Assembly: GCF_027924605.1 (NCBI RefSeq)
Contig: NZ_AP027042.1
Span: 409,524-473,523 of the forward strand
Direction of reading: 5' to 3'
Length of the DNA stretch: 64,000 bases
Origin: Dyella sp. GSA-30
GTDB taxonomy: Bacteria; Pseudomonadota; Gammaproteobacteria; Xanthomonadales; Rhodanobacteraceae
Below, in pieces: positions 48,620 to 58,440 of the stretch (position 1 is the first letter of the stretch; each line of letters begins with the position of its first letter). A model generated the notes under the pieces. It saw only the letters and a list, made by a program, of their open reading frames with translations. It did not search any database and had not been told where the DNA came from. The translations under genes and the position numbers were made by a program.

Positions 48620-49210
48620 ATGCGCATGCAAGCCAGGTTTTGGTCTCTCGTTCTTTTGGCCTTGATGGCCTCGGATGCGTGCGCGACGGATATCTACAAG
48701 TGCACCGGCAAGAACGGAACGGTTTCGTATGGGGATGCGCCCTGCCCTGGGCAGCAAGCGACCCTGTTGCACAAGGAGACGGCGTCAGAAGCCGCCAAAG
48801 CGAAACAGGAACGTATCTCCAATGCCCTCAATGGATTGCTCGAAACCGGCCATCTGGATGAAGCCAGATCCTTCGCCGCTGCAAATGGTGCTGACGCTCT
48901 CCTGCAAGAACGCATTGAAGCCAGGCGCAAGCGCGAGCAGGAAGAACACCAACAGGAAGTAACCAATGAGGCCGCGGCTCAACGTGCGCGCGCAGCGGCT
49001 GTGCAAAACCACGATCAAGTGTTGGCGCAGCAATTCCAGGCAGTGCTGCAGAAACAGGATGCCGAGGGAGAGCGCTATCGCGCCGCGCACTGGCAAGAGA
49101 TGCGGGAAAAGGATCCTCTCAGGCTGGAGCGCGGCATAAACACGACGTACAACGCCGCCAAAAATCAGTGGTGCATGGTGGCCAATGACGGCTCTACGGT
49201 CTGTCATTGA
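48620..49210 (+). CDS. DUF4124 domain protein (secreted, coiled-coil)
   Basis: Signal peptide + IYKCTGKNGTVSYGDAPC DUF4124 signature. Confidence 0.6.
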   Translation: MRMQARFWSLVLLALMASDACATDIYKCTGKNGTVSYGDAPCPGQQATLLHKETASEAAKAKQERISNALNGLLETGHLDEARSFAAANGADALLQERIEARRKREQEEHQQEVTNEAAAQRARAAAVQNHDQVLAQQFQAVLQKQDAEGERYRAAHWQEMREKDPLRLERGINTTYNAAKNQWCMVANDGSTVCH

Positions 49211-49231
49211 GTTTGATCTGACCCGTTTGTT

Positions 49232-49723
49232 TTGGACGTACAAAAGGGCGCGATGATCACCGTTATCGCCAAAAGCATTCTGCACAACATCGGCGTTCTG
49301 CTGGTGTCGTTCCTGGTTGCCTACCTTGGCAGGGGTGCGGATGGACTCTTGGGCATAGCCTCTTTCTCCTCGACAGCTACGTGCATTGCAGGGTGTGTTC
49401 TCCTGGCCCTGGGGTTCTTCGTACGCACCTGGGCTGCGATCCATTTTTACCAGCACGGCTTGCGTGTGGTTTCGCTCGAGCCTCAAGCGATGCTCATCAC
49501 TACCGGCCCCTACCGGTTTTCCCGAAATCCGCTTTATCTGGGCGGCAATGTATTCATGTTCGTTGGAGCAGCCCTGGCCCTTGGCTCCGTGATGGCCCTG
49601 GTCGTCACGGCTCTGCATCTTCCCTTGATAGACCGTTTCATCAGGCGCGAGGAAGTACAGCTGGAGCAAACGTTCGGCGAGGCGTTTGTAAACTACAAAA
49701 AGCGCACTCGCCGATGGTTATGA
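49232..49723 (+). CDS. Isoprenylcysteine carboxyl methyltransferase (ICMT/PEMT)-family membrane methyltransferase
   Basis: TGPYRFSRNPLYLG motif; 4-5 TM. Confidence 0.65.
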   Translation: MDVQKGAMITVIAKSILHNIGVLLVSFLVAYLGRGADGLLGIASFSSTATCIAGCVLLALGFFVRTWAAIHFYQHGLRVVSLEPQAMLITTGPYRFSRNPLYLGGNVFMFVGAALALGSVMALVVTALHLPLIDRFIRREEVQLEQTFGEAFVNYKKRTRRWL

Positions 49724-49759
49724 GCATGCTCAACAAGATGCTCTGACTGCTGCGACAAA

Positions 49760-50533
49760 TCAGGCGATCGAATAACCGCCATCAACAAGCAGCCCATGCC
49801 CCGAGACAAATGAAGCGTCATCGGAAGCAAGGAATGCAACGACGTTGGCCACTTCCGCAGGAGAGCCAGCGCGACCAGGTACGGTCGATGCAGCAAATGC
49901 ATCCTTCGCTTCCGCGCTCGGCCAGATGCGATCCTGGAATGGGGTGTCGATGATGCCCGGGTTTACCGCATTCACGCGGATCCCTTGCTTGAACAACTCG
50001 ATCGACGCGGTCTTGATCAAGCCGAGCACCGCGTGCTTGCTGGCGATGTAGAGACCGGCGTTGGCAAAACCAATCACACCGCCCATCGAGGCGTTGTTGA
50101 TGATGACGCCGCCGCCCTGCGCCAGCATGGCCTTGGCTTCATGCTTCATCGACCAGAACACACCACGCACATTGGCGTTGAAGATGGTGTCGTAAACCTC
50201 GTTGGACTGGTCGACGAAAGGTGTGAACTCGCCTTCGGTACCGGCGTTGTTGAAAGCGATATCGATACGGCCATAAGACTGAATAGTCCTGGCGACCAGG
50301 TCGATCACGTCCTCCTCCACGTTGATGTCGGCCACCACGGCAGTGGCTTCGTTTCCCTGGCGCTTGATCTCCTCGGCCAGGGCGTCGATTTCGGATTGGC
50401 GGCGGGCGCTCACGATGACCTTGGCGCCACGGCGCGCCAGCTCGATGGCTGCTGCCCGGCCGATTCCAGAACTGGCGCCGGTGACCAAGGCGACCTTTCC
50501 CGAGAGGGTTTTGTTTGCGATGGATGCGTTCAT
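49760..50533 (-). CDS. SDR-family oxidoreductase (FabG/glucose dehydrogenase-like)
   Basis: LSGKVALVTGASSGIGRAAA; NNAG; YIASKHA. Confidence 0.85.
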   Translation of the reverse strand: MNASIANKTLSGKVALVTGASSGIGRAAAIELARRGAKVIVSARRQSEIDALAEEIKRQGNEATAVVADINVEEDVIDLVARTIQSYGRIDIAFNNAGTEGEFTPFVDQSNEVYDTIFNANVRGVFWSMKHEAKAMLAQGGGVIINNASMGGVIGFANAGLYIASKHAVLGLIKTASIELFKQGIRVNAVNPGIIDTPFQDRIWPSAEAKDAFAASTVPGRAGSPAEVANVVAFLASDDASFVSGHGLLVDGGYSIA

Positions 50534-50676
50534 GGTTTATCTCCAGAATCAAAGGGTTGATGTCGAAGAACCGAGCCGGGATCAACCAGGCTTCTGTCCT
50601 TGGCCGCCATTCTGGTGACTTGAATTGCTGCGATAAAGTAAGCAATATTTCTTACTATGATGAGCTGCATTCACTA

Positions 50677-51561
50677 ATGGAAAACACCGAGCTAAGCGAG
50701 CTCGCCGTCTTCGCAGCCGTTGCCCGACATCGAAGTTTTCGTCAGGCGGCGACGGAGCGAGGAACATCGGCGTCCGCCATCAGCCACTCGATTCGAAACC
50801 TCGAATCACGCGTGGGCGTGCGTCTCTTTCATCGCACAACGCGCAGCGTTTCGCTCACCGAAGCGGGCGAGATGCTTTTCTCCCGGCTCGAACCCGCATT
50901 GACGAATATGCACGCAGCCGTAGATCAGTTGAATTCGTTTCGAGCCACACCCTTTGGAACGATTCGCCTGAATGTTCCCAGCTCGCTCGCGCTCTACATA
51001 CTTGGCGATGTCATACCGACGCTATTGGCAAACAACCCGGGGTTGAAGCTAGAGGTTGTCGCGACCGACTCGCTGGTGGATATCGTAGAGGGAGGGTTTG
51101 ATGCGGGCATACGTCTTGGCGAAACGCTTTCCCAAGACATGATCGCCGTTCGTATCACATCGAAGTTTCGATTTACCGTGGTGGGATCGCCAGGCTACTT
51201 CCAGAGAAAACCGGCGCCGGTTACTCCGCACGATTTGCAGGAGCACGAATGCATTCGCTATGCCTTTCCTAGTGGAGCCATTTTTCATTGGGAATTCACC
51301 AAGGGAAGTGAATCCGTCCGGGTGGAAGTCGATGGTCCACTCACCGTCGATAGCCAGGAATTGATGGTGGCAGCCGCAACGCGTGGCGTCGGCCTTGCTT
51401 ATGTCTGGGAAGATCGCGCCGCGCCCTATATCGCCGATGGCAGACTTCAATACTGCCTCGAAGATTGGTGCGGCACGGAGGAAAATCTCTTTCTCTATTT
51501 CCCCAGTCGAAAGCACCAATCCGCAGGGCTGAGAGCCCTCATCGACATGATGAAGGCCTAG
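50677..51561 (+). CDS. LysR-family transcriptional regulator
   Basis: Start MENTELSELAVFAAVARHRSFRQAA; divergent from SDR gene. Confidence 0.85.
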   Translation: MENTELSELAVFAAVARHRSFRQAATERGTSASAISHSIRNLESRVGVRLFHRTTRSVSLTEAGEMLFSRLEPALTNMHAAVDQLNSFRATPFGTIRLNVPSSLALYILGDVIPTLLANNPGLKLEVVATDSLVDIVEGGFDAGIRLGETLSQDMIAVRITSKFRFTVVGSPGYFQRKPAPVTPHDLQEHECIRYAFPSGAIFHWEFTKGSESVRVEVDGPLTVDSQELMVAAATRGVGLAYVWEDRAAPYIADGRLQYCLEDWCGTEENLFLYFPSRKHQSAGLRALIDMMKA

Positions 51562-51712
51562 AAACCCATAAAGCGCTGTTTCGTGGCTTAAAGTTATCCG
51601 ATCCAGGCGCGTGAAACGCCCTATGCACGTGATTCATCCTGCCGCAAGGAATCGAAAGGCACACTCGCGCTGGCAATGATCCCGGCCTCGTGCCTCGTAC
51701 GGAGATAAACCC

Positions 51713-52003
51713 ATGCGCAACTCTGCCCTGTTCCTTGCTGCCTCCCTTGGGCTTGTCATGGCCTCGCACGCCCTCGCTTCCGATCGGCCCGATCCTGGCA
51801 AGCTGACGACCCACTGCCTGGATGCTGCAGCGAAAAAATTCGACGTGAAGAACGACTACATCCAACTCCAGCCGATTCAGGCCGCTGACGCCGGCTATTC
51901 GATTGCTGGTGTCGCCGATGCCGGCATGGACGGCAAGAAGAATTTCACCTGCCAGTTCGACAAGAAAGGCAAGTTGGCCAATCTCGTTCCCGAGAGCAAG
52001 TAA
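51713..52003 (+). CDS. Small secreted protein (2 Cys)
   Basis: Signal peptide MRNSALFLAASLGLVMASHALA; 96 aa; followed by strong hairpin. Confidence 0.4.
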   Translation: MRNSALFLAASLGLVMASHALASDRPDPGKLTTHCLDAAAKKFDVKNDYIQLQPIQAADAGYSIAGVADAGMDGKKNFTCQFDKKGKLANLVPESK

Positions 52004-52010
52004 ACCGGGA

Positions 52011-52042
52011 CAGATGGCCGCGCGCACGGCGCGGCCATCTGT
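52011..52042 (+). terminator. Strong hairpin (13-bp stem), terminator-like
   Basis: cagatggccgcg-cgcac-ggcgcggccatctg; no clear U-tract. Confidence 0.4.
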
Positions 52043-52086
52043 CGAGTGGCAGTGCCACAGGATCGCCCTGAGGCTTCAGAACGTTT

Positions 52087-53229
52087 CTAACTCTTGTACA
52101 AAGCGCTACCACGCATCGCCTCGGTTTCCAGCGAATGGGACGAAACGCCTCGCCCCAGAAACCATTGGCCAAACAGTCTCAGCGATGGCTTTTCCAGGAA
52201 ATGGTAGCTGAGCAAAGCGATGCCCAGAGCGATCGCGATCATGGCTGCGGTGAGCCAAGTCGAACTCACCACGCCCACCCAACCGAGACGCGCAAATATC
52301 TCCGCCACCGCGGTGAACACCGCGAAGTGCCACAAGTAAATGGAGAATGACGCGTTGCCCAGGTATTGCAGCATACGGGGCATGATCCATCGCTGGGCAA
52401 TTTCAAGCGCAATGATCTCGTAGATGAGGACCGCCGCCGGTATGCCCCAGCAGATCACGTGGAGACCATACGTACGCGAGATCGCCACCTGCACTCCCCA
52501 GTGCTCGACGCGGAGAGCGAATTCACTGGGCCTCATGAACCACGTGCCGATAGACAGCCAGATGACAGCGCCGACTAATAGCGCCGCATGGAACCGGTGG
52601 CCACCGCGTTCGACAAGTATCGCCACGGCGACGCCCAGCAGGAACTCCAGCACGATAGGGGCGAACACAAAATCCAGCGGCTTGCCCCAGGGGGACCACA
52701 AGTCCAACAGCGCCGCAGTCCCGACGATAGCGAACCAGATGGCCAGCCCTACCATCGCCCGCCTGGCGAACAAGAGCAGGCTAACCGCCGCTACCGCATA
52801 GAAGTAGACCTCGAAGGTCAGTGTCCAGGCGACGGGGACACGGTAGTTCGGCAGATTACCGACGAGCGCGAGCAACAAGGGCAGCCGCTCGGGCGGCGGC
52901 GTCATGGGCGCCGCCCACGCCACCCAAAGACACGATGCACCGAAGACGAACCAATAGAGCGGATAGATACGAATGATCCGCTTCATCGCGAAGGCATAGA
53001 CCACCCGCCCCCTCCCCGCGGTATCCATGCTGGCGATCGATCGCTGCATCACCTGGTAGATGATGAAACCCGAGATCACGAAGAATATGTCCACGCCCAT
53101 CGGCCCGAGGGACAGGAAGAACGGCCTGGCCCAGTGCGCGCGCATAGGCTCGAGGTTCTGAAAGCTATGGCACGAGATGACCAACAGCGCGGCGATCGCA
53201 CGCATGCCCTGGATATTGCGGTAGCTCAT
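52087..53229 (-). CDS. Acyltransferase family 3 (OafA-like O-acyltransferase)
   Basis: Start MSYRNIQGMRAIAALLVISCH; 10-TM acyl_transf_3 pattern. Confidence 0.75.
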   Translation of the reverse strand: MSYRNIQGMRAIAALLVISCHSFQNLEPMRAHWARPFFLSLGPMGVDIFFVISGFIIYQVMQRSIASMDTAGRGRVVYAFAMKRIIRIYPLYWFVFGASCLWVAWAAPMTPPPERLPLLLALVGNLPNYRVPVAWTLTFEVYFYAVAAVSLLLFARRAMVGLAIWFAIVGTAALLDLWSPWGKPLDFVFAPIVLEFLLGVAVAILVERGGHRFHAALLVGAVIWLSIGTWFMRPSEFALRVEHWGVQVAISRTYGLHVICWGIPAAVLIYEIIALEIAQRWIMPRMLQYLGNASFSIYLWHFAVFTAVAEIFARLGWVGVVSSTWLTAAMIAIALGIALLSYHFLEKPSLRLFGQWFLGRGVSSHSLETEAMRGSALYKS

Positions 53230-53499
53230 GCCTCGTGATTTCCCTGGCCGCATGGAATGACTCAGGGTTAATACGGGTTTTCGCTCAGGGCGTTCAAAGT
53301 GAAGCTCATCTGTCTACGAATTGGGAGATAACAGGTTGCGAACCGTGTCGCCGCCCGAACAGATGGGGCCGGCCTCATCAACATCGGCCTGACCAATGTT
53401 CCAACCAACCCGGCCTCCCCCATGAAGGACTAGTTGCAACCAGTTATCGCCAAACGGGTGAGCTCTTCAACAACGCTGGCGACCACCGGGGCCTTCTCG

Positions 53500-53799
53500 T
53501 CAATCATCGAAATAGGGGTCCCCATCCAGGTAGAAGTCATACTTCTTGCTGAATCTGCGAAGGTTGCTCTCCACCGCGCCAATCGCGAGCTCCAAGGCCT
53601 GCAAACTGTCGCCGCCCGTTATTTCGTGCTCCCTTTCCGGGAGACCATGGAAACTCAAGATGCAGCTCGCGATGACCGAACTTTCGGATACCAAATATGG
53701 CTCACTGATACAAACTGTGACATCTTTTAGTGTCGAATCACCCTTGACCTTGTAAGTCAGTTGCCGAGTCGCGATTACGCGATGCGATGTTGAGCTCAT
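53500..53799 (-). CDS. Hypothetical protein in low-GC cassette
   Basis: 99 aa ORF; competing overlapping + strand ORF 53434-53730 equally plausible; strand chosen for co-orientation with 53949-54509. Confidence 0.25.
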   Translation of the reverse strand: MSSTSHRVIATRQLTYKVKGDSTLKDVTVCISEPYLVSESSVIASCILSFHGLPEREHEITGGDSLQALELAIGAVESNLRRFSKKYDFYLDGDPYFDD

Positions 53800-53948
53800 C
53801 TCTAATCCAAACAGTGTTCAAAAAGGCTGCCAGCCGGGATGTCCCGCGCGCGCTCATAGCCGATGCTTTGGCCTCACTGACTGCATCGCCGCTTTTTCCA
53901 ATCCCATGCCGCTCAAACGGGATTCGCTAGCCATACGATCACTGAGAC

Positions 53949-54509
53949 TCACGATATCTCCAAGATGATCTTTCGCAGCGCCTCTCCATCCTCACTCGAA
54001 ACCCTCATGGACAATTCAACATCGCCCGTATCCGTTTCCAAGACAACCCTTCTTTTTACATAGTCTCTGGACTTCGCCCTAAAGCGATGTTCTTTGACGA
54101 CGACATCTGTAATAGATTCACGTTGTACTTTTTTGACATCGCCGAGCTTGAGCGGCCCCAGCATCTTCTGCACAACAACAACTTCAGGGCGCAGAAAGAG
54201 CATTTCCTTGGCAACTAGCTGCCAGACTATATATACGCCTCCACCCAAGAAATTCAGCATGAAAAATAAGCCCATGGCTGACGACGATTTCACTTCATGG
54301 CCTGGCGTTGGAATTTGCGCTGTGATCAATGTCAGCCAAGCGACCGTCACAGTGATGGAAACCCATCGCTGTGACGGTCGAACGACAACATTAAAGCCGT
54401 CATCGGATCGGATCACCCTGATTCCAGATACTCTTCTACCCATTTCCTGGCTGCCCAAGCTCTCGTTGTAAAGCCTTCGGATAGTTGACTGCCGTGGCGT
54501 GTGCCTCAA
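53949..54509 (-). CDS. Hypothetical 2-TM membrane protein in low-GC (~45%) cassette
   Basis: 186 aa; two TM helices then charged C-terminal domain. Confidence 0.4.
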   Translation of the reverse strand: MRHTPRQSTIRRLYNESLGSQEMGRRVSGIRVIRSDDGFNVVVRPSQRWVSITVTVAWLTLITAQIPTPGHEVKSSSAMGLFFMLNFLGGGVYIVWQLVAKEMLFLRPEVVVVQKMLGPLKLGDVKKVQRESITDVVVKEHRFRAKSRDYVKRRVVLETDTGDVELSMRVSSEDGEALRKIILEIS

Positions 54510-55043
54510 TCAGTGAGCTTTGCCGAGACCATGACTGGCAACGTACTCGCACAGCACATCATCTTCGAAGGCGGCATTGCTGTCGCTGGGGACATAGATG
54601 ACCAGCGGAAAACTCCCGCTGGCCGGCGTCGCCGCCGAGGTCGCGTGTACGGGTTGAGCGGCAATGGCCTGATAGCCGCTAAGCGGATTACTGCCCGCCC
54701 ATCCATGGAGCTGACCCTCGATGACGCGCGGGATGATTGCTGATTCGTTTACGGGACCATCTTCGCTAGCGAGCAGCGCCAGATAGTCGCTGTACACCAT
54801 CGGCTTACCGGCGGCACTAGCGGGATACCAAACCAGCACCTGCAAGGGACGCTCGTGCATGGCAGCGACGGAGAGTCCGGTTAGCGGATCGTGGCCATCG
54901 CCCCAGCTGCGGCTGCTATCGACCAGATGAACCACCTTGAAGCCGATCGCATGAGGCCCCCATGGCGCATCGAATTGCAATTGTCCTTGAGCGCAGACGC
55001 GCGAGGCGAACAGCAGCATGCACAACCATAGCCAGCGTGACAT
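54510..55043 (-). pseudogene. Secreted alpha/beta-hydrolase-like (dienelactone hydrolase/PAF-AH-like), 3'-truncated
   Basis: Signal peptide + N-terminal half (…PLVIYVPSDS…) only; stops one base from start of the low-GC gene at 54509; no nucleophile-elbow region. Confidence 0.4.
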
Positions 55044-55446
55044 AAGCCTTCCTTGTCGCAGACATCAGAGGCGCGAGCGAACCTTGATCGGTCGAGCAAG
55101 CATGGGTCTGCTTCGCTTGCAGTTTGCTTTCCCCGACACATTGGCCGAATTGCGCCGTCCTACTCCGTGAAAAGTCTATCCATCTGTAACTAACTAATCT
55201 GTTGCACGAAATGTAAATCTTTGCTGATAGGACGGGACATTCAAGCCCACGTCGGGGGTTTCTCGGAACGCAGTTTTCATTAGCAATGCATCCGACGAGG
55301 TGCTTGCAGTACTCGGCCAGACGCTATCGAGACCCGCTCATTCGAGCGGGTTTCTTGCTATCCCAAAACACTTTCCACGCTCAGCCCCACCGCTCAGGTG
55401 CAGCCAAGTGTCACTTGAGTCAGCTAAGAGCTGCCCTTACGTTGCG

Positions 55447-56013
55447 CTAGAGCCCCTGGATCAACCCCAGAATTTTCTGATATTGCTCAAGTTGATCGGG
55501 TGCCTTGATCATGGCTGTCAACGCAGCCGCTATGGCTGCCTGCTTCACCATCGCCATGTTGTAATCCTGAGAGGCCATCTGCAATTCGCGTAAGGCGATG
55601 GCTACTGTGCTCATTATGATCCGTACCGCTTCAGACCATGAGCCAGCGCTCTCCAATCCGAGCTTGCTTGCCGATTCGACCGCTTGCGCGATGGCACCCA
55701 TCGTAGCATCAGGCGCAGCTGTTGCCGCGAGCGCATTCGCTACGGCGGATACCTTGTCTCCATCTAACGGCATCGAACCATTCGGGTTGCCCATCGGCAG
55801 CAGAAGCATTGTTGCTTGCATTGTTGCCGATTGCGCCAGAATGTAACTCTGCTGCTGGGCATTGACGGCGCTTTGTACGGCGTTGGCCAGGGCATGTGCC
55901 ACAGCCTGATAAATGGTCCCGAGTGCGTCGGCAGGCGTGTTGCCTGAAGGCTTGGTGTTGGTTGCCGTCACGGCATCGGTAATTTCATTGCTGGCAACTG
56001 GCGATATCGTCAT
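55447..56013 (-). CDS. RebB-like 'killing trait' (R-body) family protein, double-length
   Basis: N-terminal ...NEITDAVTATNTKPSGNTPADALGTIYQAVAHALANAVQSAVNAQQQSYILAQSATMQAT matches RebB-family signature (xSxITDxVTQxNVKvlGxxPAxAMGxLYQAxAH...QQQ); 188 aa versus ~105 aa typical. Confidence 0.55.
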   Translation of the reverse strand: MTISPVASNEITDAVTATNTKPSGNTPADALGTIYQAVAHALANAVQSAVNAQQQSYILAQSATMQATMLLLPMGNPNGSMPLDGDKVSAVANALAATAAPDATMGAIAQAVESASKLGLESAGSWSEAVRIIMSTVAIALRELQMASQDYNMAMVKQAAIAAALTAMIKAPDQLEQYQKILGLIQGL

Positions 56014-56222
56014 AAGAGCCCCTGAGGTTAAGACAGCCGACTAAAATTTGTACCGTAATACACTTTTTCTAACTTATTTTCATCAAATAAGTAAACTACG
56101 GTCTTGGCTTTCCGGGCGTACGCTGCCCATGGAGCAGCGCTCATTTCCTGGGCATCCCGGATTCCTGTCATGTGTGTTTCGATCCGAAGCGGGCGCCGAA
56201 GCGATCTGACTAGAGGGTAGGT

Positions 56223-56489
56223 ATGGCTGGCAAAGATGACGAGCGTCTTCGGACGGAATTACTACGCCTCAAATTCGGGATACTCGAAAAGTACGAGGGC
56301 CCAGACCCAGACTCAAGGAACATCAGGGATCTTCAACCGCCATTCTGCGATTTCTGCGCGAAGGCGCGTAATGAAGTTCAGGGGATGGTAGAAGGTAGAG
56401 GTGGGCACCTTCATATGTGCAACGAATGCGTGCTGGTGGCACATAAAATCCTTTTTTTCGACATCGATACCATCGATTCTCAGGAATAG
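56223..56489 (+). CDS. Stand-alone ClpX-type C4 zinc-finger protein
   Basis: FCDFCAKARNEVQGMVEG...HMCNECV matches ClpX N-terminal ZnF (CSFCGK...EVxKLIAG...YICDECV); no AAA+ domain; 88 aa. Confidence 0.5.
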   Translation: MAGKDDERLRTELLRLKFGILEKYEGPDPDSRNIRDLQPPFCDFCAKARNEVQGMVEGRGGHLHMCNECVLVAHKILFFDIDTIDSQE

Positions 56490-56491
56490 AA

Positions 56492-56869
56492 ATGAAGATA
56501 TCAAAGATGCTCTTGATCTCCTTGCTCATCGCATCACAGCCAAGCATGGCCAGTGGGACACCTGACCCTGCAGAGCAAGCTGTTATCGTTCACTTTAATT
56601 ATGGATCGACCGATCTCAAACCGCTCTTCGCACTGGAAGACAAACTCGAATCTGCCATCAAACAAGTCGGCGCTGGGGAGTTCGATGGCGACGAGGTCGC
56701 CGCGGATGGTCACGACGGTTATATCTATATGTACGGGCCAAGTGCGGACAAACTGCTCGATGCGATCAAACCTGTCCTTACATCCGCCCCATTTATGAAG
56801 AATGCCAAGGTGGTAAAGCGCTATGGGCCACCTGACGGAGCGACAAAGCAGACGGAGATCACTCTTTGA
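56492..56869 (+). CDS. Secreted hypothetical protein
   Basis: Signal peptide MKISKMLLISLLIASQPSMA; 3 bp after ZnF gene (operon). Confidence 0.4.
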   Translation: MKISKMLLISLLIASQPSMASGTPDPAEQAVIVHFNYGSTDLKPLFALEDKLESAIKQVGAGEFDGDEVAADGHDGYIYMYGPSADKLLDAIKPVLTSAPFMKNAKVVKRYGPPDGATKQTEITL

Positions 56870-56891
56870 TGTGAGATCCGGGCATGCATGA

Positions 56892-56928
56892 AAGCCCCAC
56901 GCCATCCACTCGCGTGGCGTGAGGCTTG
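56892..56928. terminator. Bidirectional terminator hairpin
   Basis: agccccacgcca-tccactcgc-gtggcgtgaggctt between convergent genes. Confidence 0.6.
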
Positions 56929-56951
56929 GCTCAGCTACTGTCTCGCCGGAC

Positions 56952-58121
56952 TCAGAGCGCCAGACCTTGCATGCCGCTTGCTCCGGCGAAGACCGTCGTC
57001 TGGCCGACCTTGAATAGCTGACCTTCGGGCAAGATCAGATAGCTGTCCACGTCACCACCCAGGGAGTTGCCGACGTAGAGAAACAGCCCGTCTGGCGATA
57101 CCTTCAAATCGGTAGGCGCCGCTCCGCTCTCCAACGTGGCTGCAACGCCGTTGCCGATCAGGGTGAGCGCGCCGTTCTCGCCGATGCGATACGCACTGAT
57201 ATCCCCTTTGCCCGCATTGGCGGTGAATGCATAGCGTCCCGACACTGCCAGCCAGCAAGCTGCGGCTTGTCCGTTGGCGATGTCGCTGGAGATCGCATGC
57301 AGTTGGCCATCGCGCGTCACGGAGTAAGAACTTGCTGCCGACCCTGCCGCTTCGCTGGTAATCAGGTGGCCACGCGCATCGAACGCAAAGCCAAACGGTT
57401 GTGGATCGTTCGATGGCGTGATGGCTGGGTCTTGAGCCAAATCGCCATGACGATCTACGGAAAACAGCTCAAACCAGCCCTTGGCAGAGGCATCCTTGAC
57501 GGACACCGCCAACCATTGGCCATCGGGCGTCAACTGAAGTTGCGCTGGCGTCATCCCGACATTGGGCTGATTGCCCACCAGCGCCTGGTCCGTACCGATG
57601 ACGCGGGTTTCGTTGGGCTCAGCCGTCAAATGTCCATTGGCGTTGAGTTCGAACACCGAAACGTTCGACGCGCCGGCCGAGTTCAACACATAAACCCGGT
57701 TTCCTCGCTGCGCCACGCTGACGGGATACGTGCCACCCGAGGCCCTTACATCGGTCAGGATCAACTGGCTGCCGCGGATAGCGAACACCGAAACCTGATT
57801 GCTGCCCGCGTTGGTGGCAAACAACCATCGACCGTCATCGCTTTTGATCAATGCATTCTGCGAACCAAGCGGATCAGGCGGCGGCGTAGTGGTACCCACA
57901 CCTACGCCGGCACCACCAGTAGCCACTACCGCAACTTTATCGAGCCCGCCAAAGACGCTGCGCTTGAGCACCGCGACACTGTTGGCGTGAATATCGTTGG
58001 ACATCACATAGACGTAAGGGGAATCCACACGCGGCAGCGCCGTAAATGATTGCGCATAGGCACTACCAGTCAAGCCGAGCGTGATCGCAACGCTGGCGGT
58101 AAGCAGTCGAAGGGATTGCAT
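56952..58121 (-). CDS. Secreted 7-bladed beta-propeller lactonase-family protein
   Basis: Start MQSLRLLTASVAITLGLTGSAYA (signal); repeated ...SNxVSVF / YVxN motifs of 6-PGL-like lactonases. Confidence 0.6.
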   Translation of the reverse strand: MQSLRLLTASVAITLGLTGSAYAQSFTALPRVDSPYVYVMSNDIHANSVAVLKRSVFGGLDKVAVVATGGAGVGVGTTTPPPDPLGSQNALIKSDDGRWLFATNAGSNQVSVFAIRGSQLILTDVRASGGTYPVSVAQRGNRVYVLNSAGASNVSVFELNANGHLTAEPNETRVIGTDQALVGNQPNVGMTPAQLQLTPDGQWLAVSVKDASAKGWFELFSVDRHGDLAQDPAITPSNDPQPFGFAFDARGHLITSEAAGSAASSYSVTRDGQLHAISSDIANGQAAACWLAVSGRYAFTANAGKGDISAYRIGENGALTLIGNGVAATLESGAAPTDLKVSPDGLFLYVGNSLGGDVDSYLILPEGQLFKVGQTTVFAGASGMQGLAL

Positions 58122-58440
58122 GGTCAGGTCTCCTTGGGCCAGGGGGGCCACATGAGACTTCGCCAACTATCTCGAGGTAGTTACCTCGCCGCTCCAGAAA
58201 GCCAAGAATCTCTGGTGTCGAATGAGTGTTTCCAGATAGAAACACTGTTATGTGACGTAACTCGCATTAAACCGGCCCGCCATAGGCGTGGTCACTTGCT
58301 CACGCCATCCGACATTTATGAAATGATGCTCGTTTCAACGGGCGACTTTAGGGGCTCTATCCTTGTCTTCACGCAGGGAATCTTTCGCACTGACTACTCA
58401 CCGCTACAGGCGGCACCAAGAAATTGCTGGCGGTGGCTTC

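Noticed and set aside
53434-53730. 98-aa + strand ORF overlapping 53500-53799 (-)
   Set aside because: Cannot both be genes; kept as the less likely alternative because the - strand ORF is co-oriented with the neighbouring cassette gene, but the call is weak either way.
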